Positions 57,463 through 64,000 of a DNA stretch of 64,000 nt are shown here, in pieces (position 1 is the first letter of the stretch; each line of letters starts with the position of its first letter). The DNA is taken from sequence record DRR723986_9449; one strand, given 5' to 3'. Below the pieces are notes generated by a model, which saw only the letters and a list, made by a program, of their open reading frames with translations, was not told the DNA's origin and searched no databases. A program made the position numbers and the translations under genes.

Positions 57463-58446
57463 TTATTTCCCGGATAGGTCAATGTCCGGTAATGCGGGTG
57501 CTGCAGGCCATTTCAGGTCCGACCTTTCATCAAAAAAGAAGTTATTGCCTGTCCATTCATAGTCGATATCACCAACAATAACGTTACCGCGCAATACAGG
57601 CTTTGGCATGTTTTCTTTGCTATTGAGGAATTTAGAGCCGCCCTCGCGATCAGAAATAATAACATTTTTTTCCATACGCAGTGCGTTCAGTTCAAAAGAT
57701 TCTTTTTCAGAACCATATGCAATTATAAACCAATTCGATGTATTTGCCCCTTCCACCAACAGATTGTTGCGAATAACAGCATTTCCACCATCAGGAATAT
57801 CGATAAGATAACTATCATCGCCCTCAAGAGACGCGATAACGTTATTCTCAATCAACGTATGCGCACTTCTGGATTTTATGCCATGGCCTTGGCCTTTTGA
57901 ACTCAGTATACGCGTACGCCTCACGATCAACTGTTTCGCTGCACCAATATAGAGCGAATGCGCCCGACCGCCATTCCCGTTTCGTTCAAATACACTGTCT
58001 TCAACCAAAATTTTGTTAGCTTTATTCCATGTCAAAATGCCATTTTCATTGTCAGAAAAATTTACATTCCGAAGCGTAATATTACCGCTTTCATGACGCA
58101 CACAAGCCCCATTACCACTGCCTACTTTCATATTGATGCATTTGATGCCTTCAATGGTGATATTATCAGATTGAATAACAAAGGCTGCTTTACCTCCAGC
58201 GGTGACACCATCAAATACTACGCCAGGATTGCCTGTAATCAAGACGCCGTCATGGCCATGCTTGAGAATTCCGGCTTCTTTGTAGATACCTGGTTCAAGG
58301 CGTATAATACCGCCCGGATTAACCGCATCAAATGCCTTCTGAAGCGATGGCATTAATACGCCGTCCGCATAAATCGCACCGCTTTGCGCGCTGGCGCCCG
58401 TTGCACCAAAAGCCATAACAATCAAAGTTAATAAGAAACGCATCAT
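57463..58446 (-). CDS. Exported right-handed parallel beta-helix protein
   Basis: Signal peptide; GNGACVR, NENGIL, F..NG....H.LYIG, GHGIKSR, IDIP.GG repeats. Confidence 0.82.
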   Translation of the reverse strand: MMRFLLTLIVMAFGATGASAQSGAIYADGVLMPSLQKAFDAVNPGGIIRLEPGIYKEAGILKHGHDGVLITGNPGVVFDGVTAGGKAAFVIQSDNITIEGIKCINMKVGSGNGACVRHESGNITLRNVNFSDNENGILTWNKANKILVEDSVFERNGNGGRAHSLYIGAAKQLIVRRTRILSSKGQGHGIKSRSAHTLIENNVIASLEGDDSYLIDIPDGGNAVIRNNLLVEGANTSNWFIIAYGSEKESFELNALRMEKNVIISDREGGSKFLNSKENMPKPVLRGNVIVGDIDYEWTGNNFFFDERSDLKWPAAPALPDIDLSGK

Positions 58447-58658
58447 ATCTCCTGACTAGCCCGCATTAGCGTCAAGCCTGTGACGCTATAATTCATGGCA
58501 GTATCAAATTGCTTCAAACTCTGAACTCGCAGCACACTCTGGAAAAGCTCTCGACATTGAGACACGGTGTCGCGGGGCAACACCAAATCAGCTTTAGCAT
58601 TGTTCAAGCTTTCAGTAGCGGTATAATAGGGCAATATCATGTTTTAAGTGAGTCAAAA

Positions 58659-58847
58659 ATGAAAGCTTTGTTCATCCTGGCGCTATTATTCGCGCTCGCT
58701 ACGCTTGGTGTTATGTTCACCGGCGCTATAACCATGGCAAAAGGCGGCGATTTTAACCGTAAATATGGCAACAAACTGATGCAGGCCCGTGTTGCCTTGC
58801 AGGCAATAACCTTGTTACTGCTTGTGCTTGCTGCCGCAACGGCTTAG
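58659..58847 (+). CDS. Twin transmembrane helix small protein (HIG1-like)
   Basis: Two TM helices with MAKGG.FN.KYGNKLM.ARV.LQ; typical position upstream of pduO-etfBA. Confidence 0.85.
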   Translation: MKALFILALLFALATLGVMFTGAITMAKGGDFNRKYGNKLMQARVALQAITLLLLVLAAATA

Positions 58848-58857
58848 CCGACCGATC

Positions 58858-59424
58858 ATGGTGAAATTAACCAAAATATACACCCGCGGCGGTGATGGCG
58901 GTGAAACCTCTTTGTCGGACGGTAAACGTTTATTCAAAGATAGCGCGCGCGTGGCGGCATACGGTACGGTTGACGAGGCGAATTCGGTGATCGGCGTTGC
59001 CCGCTTATCAACGGAAGGCGCGGCAGACAGTATGCTAAGCCGCATTCAAAATGACCTGTTCGATGTGGGCGCAGACTTGGCTACACCGGGTGACGACTTC
59101 ACGCCCAGTGAAATGGTGCTGCGCACTACTGAAAGCCAAATTGTGCGGCTGGAAGAAGAAATTGACGCTATAAATGCGGCCTTGGGCACGCTTACAAGTT
59201 TCATTCTACCTGGCGGATCCAAAGCAAGTGCCTATCTGCATTTGGCCAGAACTGTTGTCAGGCGGGCAGAACGTGACGCTGTGACCGCCTCAAAAGACGA
59301 GCCAATCAACCCAATTGCAATAAAATATTTGAACCGACTGTCAGACCACCTATTTGTACTGGCAAGGCATCTGAATAATGATGGTGCTGACGATATATTA
59401 TGGGTGCCGGGCGCGAATCGTTAA
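58858..59424 (+). CDS. Cob(I)alamin adenosyltransferase, PduO type
   Basis: KIYTRGGD.GET.L, AYGTVDEANS, IQNDLFD.GADLATP, FILPGG, RTVVRRAER, YLNRLSD. Confidence 0.94.
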   Translation: MVKLTKIYTRGGDGGETSLSDGKRLFKDSARVAAYGTVDEANSVIGVARLSTEGAADSMLSRIQNDLFDVGADLATPGDDFTPSEMVLRTTESQIVRLEEEIDAINAALGTLTSFILPGGSKASAYLHLARTVVRRAERDAVTASKDEPINPIAIKYLNRLSDHLFVLARHLNNDGADDILWVPGANR

Positions 59425-59660
59425 GCTAACGCCATACCCCGTTGTTGATTTTTGCTCTGACCCACAGATATCAGGATAAAAAAGCGTAAAAATGCGCGAA
59501 ACAACGGTCTGGATTGACAGCTGCATATCGATACGATAACGCTTTCTACCCTACTCATTCCAAGGGCTCACGCATGGTTGGTATGTACAACTGCGGGGGT
59601 CTAAATTGCCAGGTTTTTGATGCATTGATGCCTCAAAAATAACTCGGGAGAATAAAACCC

Positions 59661-60407
59661 ATGAAAATCATGGTGCCTGTAAAACGAGTCGTAGACTATA
59701 ACGTGAAAGTTCGTGTGAAGTCTGACAACACCGGCGTTGAGCTCGCCAACATCAAAATGTCCATGAACCCATTCGATGAAATTGCGGTTGAAGAAGCGCT
59801 TCGCATCAAAGAAGCAGGCAACGCCGAAGAAATCATTGTTGTTTCCATCGGCCCCAAAGCCGCGCAAGAGACCATCCGTACCGGCCTCGCCATGGGCGCT
59901 GACCGCGGCATTCTCGTGGAACATGACGGCGACGCAGAACCTTTGGCCATTGCCAAGCTTCTGAAAGGTATTATCGCAGAGGAAAACCCCGATATTGTTA
60001 TGCTCGGCAAACAAGCCATTGACGGTGACAACAGCCAAACCGGTCAAATGCTGGCACAGCTTATGGGTTGGCCGCAGGGCACCTTCGCATCAGAAGTGGC
60101 CCTTGCAGACGGCGGTGTGAATGTGACCCGCGAAGTGGACGGTGGTCTTGAAACCGTCAAACTGAACTTGCCTGCCATCATTACCACTGACTTGCGTCTC
60201 AATGAGCCGCGCTATGCCAGCTTGCCGAACATCATGAAGGCTAAGCGAAAGCCGATTGACGAGAAAACCCCGGCTGATTACGGCGTTGATATGGCCCCGC
60301 GCCTGTCCACTTTGAGCGTGGAAGAACCGCCACAGCGTGAAGCGGGTATCATTGTTGAAACCGTGGAAGAGCTTGTTAGCAACCTTAAAGAAAAGGGAGT
60401 GATCTAA
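59661..60407 (+). CDS. etfB: Electron transfer flavoprotein beta subunit
   Basis: [44 protein letters not shown]. Confidence 0.96.
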   Translation: MKIMVPVKRVVDYNVKVRVKSDNTGVELANIKMSMNPFDEIAVEEALRIKEAGNAEEIIVVSIGPKAAQETIRTGLAMGADRGILVEHDGDAEPLAIAKLLKGIIAEENPDIVMLGKQAIDGDNSQTGQMLAQLMGWPQGTFASEVALADGGVNVTREVDGGLETVKLNLPAIITTDLRLNEPRYASLPNIMKAKRKPIDEKTPADYGVDMAPRLSTLSVEEPPQREAGIIVETVEELVSNLKEKGVI

Positions 60408-61333
60408 TGACTGCTCTTGTGATTGTAGAACATGATAACGCGAGCGTTAAAGACGCCACACTAGCAACCGTTACAGCCGCCAAAGCATTCGGTGATGTAC
60501 ACGCGCTTGTCGCGGGTTCAGGCTGCGGTGATGTCGCTGCCACTGCGGCCAATATTGACGGCGTTGCTAAGGTATTGGTTGCGGACGACGCAGTATATGC
60601 TCACCCGCTGGCGGAAGAACTAGCGGCCATCGTACTTTCTATTGCTGATGGTTATGACGCTATCCTGGCGCCAGCAACAACAACAGGTAAAAACTTTTTG
60701 CCACGCGTTGCTGCTGCTCTGGATGTTGCCCAAATTTCCGATATCATCGAAGTTGTAAGCCCGGACACATTCAAGCGCCCCATTTATGCAGGCAACGCAA
60801 TCGCAACCGTCCAATCGACTGACGCGAAAAAGGTTATCACCGTGCGCGCCACAGCGTTTGAAAAAGCCGCAACAGAAGGCGGCGCAGGCGTGGTTGAGAC
60901 AATCAGTGCCACGGCATCTGCTGGCATATCAAGCTTCGTCGGCGCTGAACTGTCCAAGTCTGACCGGCCAGAGCTGACCAGCGCTAAAATCATCATTTCC
61001 GGTGGTCGCGGCATGGGTTCGGGCGAAAATTTCGCCATCATCGAAAAGGTGGCTGACAAATTGGGTGCCGCTGTCGGTGCATCCCGCGCAGCGGTTGATG
61101 CAGGCTTTGTGCCTAACGATTATCAGGTTGGTCAAACCGGTAAAATTGTTGCGCCAGAGCTTTACATTGCGGTTGGCATTTCCGGCGCAATCCAGCATCT
61201 TGCGGGCATGAAAGACAGCAAGATCATCGTTGCGATTAACAAGGACGAAGAAGCGCCAATTTTCCAGGTGGCCGATTACGGCCTTGTGGCTGATCTGTTT
61301 GACGCGGTGCCTGCACTGGAAGCTGCTCTTTAA
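60407..61333 (+). CDS. etfA: Electron transfer flavoprotein alpha subunit
   Basis: [46 protein letters not shown] overlap with etfB. Confidence 0.96.
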   Translation: MTALVIVEHDNASVKDATLATVTAAKAFGDVHALVAGSGCGDVAATAANIDGVAKVLVADDAVYAHPLAEELAAIVLSIADGYDAILAPATTTGKNFLPRVAAALDVAQISDIIEVVSPDTFKRPIYAGNAIATVQSTDAKKVITVRATAFEKAATEGGAGVVETISATASAGISSFVGAELSKSDRPELTSAKIIISGGRGMGSGENFAIIEKVADKLGAAVGASRAAVDAGFVPNDYQVGQTGKIVAPELYIAVGISGAIQHLAGMKDSKIIVAINKDEEAPIFQVADYGLVADLFDAVPALEAAL

Positions 61334-61374
61334 ACGGCTCTGTAGCAATCGCGCCACGGCGTTTTAACAAAGTG

Positions 61375-61401
61375 AAAAGGTGCCTTCATTCGGCGCCTTT
61401 T
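61375..61401 (+). terminator. Intrinsic terminator after etfA
   Basis: AAAAGGTGCC-TTCATTC-GGCGCCTTTT hairpin followed by T-rich sequence. Confidence 0.6.
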
Positions 61402-61456
61402 CTGTTTATACTGACCCAAAGTTTAGACTGATTAAGATAAAAGACTGAGAAGACAC

Positions 61457-62329
61457 ATGGTCGATACTGTAGGAATTATTGGCGCCGGGCAAATGGGCAA
61501 CGGCATTGCGCACATCAGCGCACTGGCAGGCATGAATGTTGTGCTTACAGATATGACCATGGAACAGGCCGAGAACGGCCTTGCTGTCATTCGCGGCAAT
61601 ATGGAACGCCAAGTGGGCAAAGGCAAAATCACCACCGCCGACATGGAAGCTGGCCTGAAACGTATTACACTGGGTGACAGCAACGCTGCCCACAGCGATT
61701 GTGACTTGGTTATTGAAGCCGCCGTTGAAAATGAAGAGATTAAAAAGGTCATCTTCAGCGACCTGTGCGGGCACCTTAAACCCACCGCGCTTATCGCCTC
61801 TAACACCTCTTCCATTTCCATCACCCGGCTTGCTGCCAGCACTGACAGACCTGACCGGTTTATGGGTGTTCATTTCATGAATCCTGTGCCGATTATGAAG
61901 CTTGTTGAACTCATCCCTGGCATCGCAACCGCAGACGAGACCTTCGAGCAATTCGCTGCTTTCACTGAGAAACTTGGGAAAACCACCGCCGTTTCAGAAG
62001 ACTTTCCGGCCTTTATCGTAAACCGTATTCTTATGCCGATGATAAACGAAGGCATCTACACGCTTTATGAAGGCGTTGGTAGCGTTGAGGCCATTGATAA
62101 CGCGATGATGCTGGGCGCAAACCACCCCATGGGGCCGCTCACACTCGCTGATTTTATCGGGCTCGATACATGCTTGTCGATTATGCAAGTGCTTTATGAC
62201 GGCCTCGCAGACAGCAAGTACCGCCCTTGCCCGCTATTGGTGAAATATGTTGAAGCCGGATGGCTGGGCCGCAAAACCGGCCGCGGTTTTTATGATTACC
62301 ACGGTGACATGCCTGTACCGACACGGTAG
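61457..62329 (+). CDS. hbd: 3-hydroxybutyryl-CoA dehydrogenase
   Basis: GAGQMGNGIA, EA..EN...K, SNTSSISIT, HFMNPVP, FIVNRIL, HPMGPL.LAD.IGLD, LGRKTGRGFY. Confidence 0.93.
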   Translation: MVDTVGIIGAGQMGNGIAHISALAGMNVVLTDMTMEQAENGLAVIRGNMERQVGKGKITTADMEAGLKRITLGDSNAAHSDCDLVIEAAVENEEIKKVIFSDLCGHLKPTALIASNTSSISITRLAASTDRPDRFMGVHFMNPVPIMKLVELIPGIATADETFEQFAAFTEKLGKTTAVSEDFPAFIVNRILMPMINEGIYTLYEGVGSVEAIDNAMMLGANHPMGPLTLADFIGLDTCLSIMQVLYDGLADSKYRPCPLLVKYVEAGWLGRKTGRGFYDYHGDMPVPTR

Positions 62330-62432
62330 GTATTTTCACTCAAAATATTGCCTTACCCGCAAGCTAATCTGGTTTGTTCGCAAGCATTCAGAATGCTAGG
62401 TTTTTCTTAAACACATTAAGGAAAGGTTGGGC

Positions 62433-63113
62433 ATGGCTGATTTACAAATCATCATTGGGAACAAGAATTATTCCTCGTGGTCGCTGCGCGGCTGGCTGGC
62501 CGCCAAGCACACGGGCCTGAATGTGACTGAGGTCAACATATACCTCTACACCCCCGGCTCGAAGGCAGACCTACTAAAGCACTCACCAACAGGCCAAGTA
62601 CCCGCGTTAAGGCACGGCGACACCACAGTATGGGACAGTTTTGCAATTATTGACTATTGCGCCCGCCTCGCGCCCAACCAATATTGGTGGCCCCAGGGCG
62701 ATGCCGCCTATGCCTTCGCCCGCTCAATCTCGGCTGAAATGCATAGTGGTTTCACCGCCCTGCGCACCCATGCGCCCATGAACATCCGAGCCAAATGGTC
62801 GGGCCTAGCGCTCGGTGGAGGGGTTGCGGTAGATGTGGCCCGCATCGATGCTCTGTGGTGCGAGGCGCGCGAACAATTCGGCAACAATAACGGTGATTTA
62901 CTTTTCGGTAAATTCTCAGCTGCAGACATGATGTTCGCGCCGGTTGTGCACCGGTTTGAAAGCTATGGCATATCGGTCAGCACCACCGCCCGTACCTATA
63001 TGGACGCTATGCTGGCTCACCCGCTCATAAAAGAATGGACTGAAGGCGGACGTGCGGAAACCGCCATCATCGCAGAAGCCGAAATACCAAAAGGCGCAAC
63101 ACACCTGGGGTGA
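62433..63113 (+). CDS. Glutathione S-transferase family protein
   Basis: IGNKNYSSWSLR.W, SPTG.VP.L, WDS.AI, AEMHSGF, FS.AD.MFAPV. Confidence 0.92.
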   Translation: MADLQIIIGNKNYSSWSLRGWLAAKHTGLNVTEVNIYLYTPGSKADLLKHSPTGQVPALRHGDTTVWDSFAIIDYCARLAPNQYWWPQGDAAYAFARSISAEMHSGFTALRTHAPMNIRAKWSGLALGGGVAVDVARIDALWCEAREQFGNNNGDLLFGKFSAADMMFAPVVHRFESYGISVSTTARTYMDAMLAHPLIKEWTEGGRAETAIIAEAEIPKGATHLG

Positions 63114-63127
63114 CTATGAAAAGCGTC

Positions 63128-64000
63128 CTACGGTCGCGCCCGCCACGTGCCATGAAAGCTTAAGGGCAAAGCATAGCGAGAGCGCCAACTGGCAGTTGGC
63201 CCTGAAGCAACATTGTCAGCGTCAAAAAGATGCAAATAGGTTGCCCCTTCTGACAAATTGAGGGCCGGCACCAGCAAGTGCCCTGATCGGCTGTGCTTGG
63301 GGTCAGAAACAAAAATCGGTTCTTCGACCAGAACATCGCGCCCGAAAGAAAATATATCAGACGTTTCTGTTGCCCAATTAAACGCTGCGACAGCATTGTA
63401 TCGATAGGCTTTGCCATTGACCTCTTTGCCTTCTGAGACAAAAAATACACGCCCCATCCCTGCATTATCAGCCCCGGCATCAGATTGAGGAAATTCCGCC
63501 GCCAAACCTGTAGATACAATTTCAGCGCGTCCATTTGGGCGCAAAATAGCCTGCTTTAAATGGGTATTAGGTCGATCAATAGGTACCCCACGTAAAATGG
63601 CAGACCCAATGTCAGCATCAAGCGTTGGCGCATCCGCAAGGCAAATATCAAACCGAAGCGTGCCATCACTTTCTTCCACGGCCTTGCCTGTATGGAAAAA
63701 AGCCCCGGGAGGAAGTTCGTACAACTGCGTATTGCTAAAGTCGTTCTTATCAACCACCAAAACTTTAAGGCCATGCTCAGGTTGCCACGTCAGGCTTTTG
63801 ACGAACGGCGGATGGCGCTTGGTGAACACCCAAGGCTGCAATGGCACTATCAGCTTGGTATCACTCACAACCCAGTCGTGCATGTAGGATGCAATCGGTA
63901 AATTCAACATGCCGGTTTTCAGCACTTTGCCGCTTGGTGCTAACGCCCATACAAATGTTAAAGGGCTGCCATAAGCCATGCCGAAGTTCCATATGATACC
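63128..64000 (-). CDS. Carotenoid oxygenase (RPE65/CCD/LSD) family protein (5' end outside the window)
   Basis: Frame is open to the window edge. Fe ligand motifs YMHDW, FFHT and LSFHGTW; EFPQ and EEPIFV. Confidence 0.88.
   Translation of the reverse strand, partial: GIIWNFGMAYGSPLTFVWALAPSGKVLKTGMLNLPIASYMHDWVVSDTKLIVPLQPWVFTKRHPPFVKSLTWQPEHGLKVLVVDKNDFSNTQLYELPPGAFFHTGKAVEESDGTLRFDICLADAPTLDADIGSAILRGVPIDRPNTHLKQAILRPNGRAEIVSTGLAAEFPQSDAGADNAGMGRVFFVSEGKEVNGKAYRYNAVAAFNWATETSDIFSFGRDVLVEEPIFVSDPKHSRSGHLLVPALNLSEGATYLHLFDADNVASGPTASWRSRYALPLSFHGTWRARP

Noticed and set aside
59514-59545. TTGACA upstream of etfB as a sigma70 promoter
   Set aside because: No convincing -10 element at 16-18 bp spacing, so it was not called.
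1-64000. CRISPR array, IS or transposase, integrase, prophage, retron or reverse transcriptase
   Set aside because: No regularly spaced repeats were seen in any intergenic gap and no ORF carries the relevant motifs. This was checked by eye only.

Overview
Ordinary chromosomal window (about 50-55% GC by eye), most likely from a marine alphaproteobacterium; the taxonomy is inferred from gene content only. Housekeeping and metabolic genes include rimO (5'-truncated), gor, a CPD photolyase, an Entner-Doudoroff operon (LacI regulator-zwf-pgl-edd-eda) with a perfect upstream operator palindrome, tRNA-Leu(CAA), dedA-dsbB-coq7, gluQ, a PduO-type adenosyltransferase, etfBA, hbd and a 5'-truncated carotenoid oxygenase. 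Five loci stand out. (1) A De Ley-Doudoroff galactose cluster with a GH36 alpha-galactosidase, a GH42 beta-galactosidase, an SSS transporter and an embedded glpD, sharing a promoter motif; this is a candidate galactosyl-glycerol (floridoside or galactolipid head-group) catabolic system. (2) A cobalamin-riboswitch operon of btuB, a solitary S-component-like membrane protein and a signal-less, Cys-rich BtuF-like protein, with no btuCD. (3) A frameshifted Rhs/YD-repeat relic missed by the ORF track, next to an AT-rich orphan that may be an immunity gene. (4) A bacterial protein keeping the mammalian paraoxonase motif set. (5) An AT-rich islet near tRNA-Leu with a CMAH-like metallo-beta-lactamase-fold gene and a GT-C-like gene, beside lpxR. 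No CRISPR array, integrase, transposase or prophage was seen. All calls rest on motif recognition by eye, without database searches.
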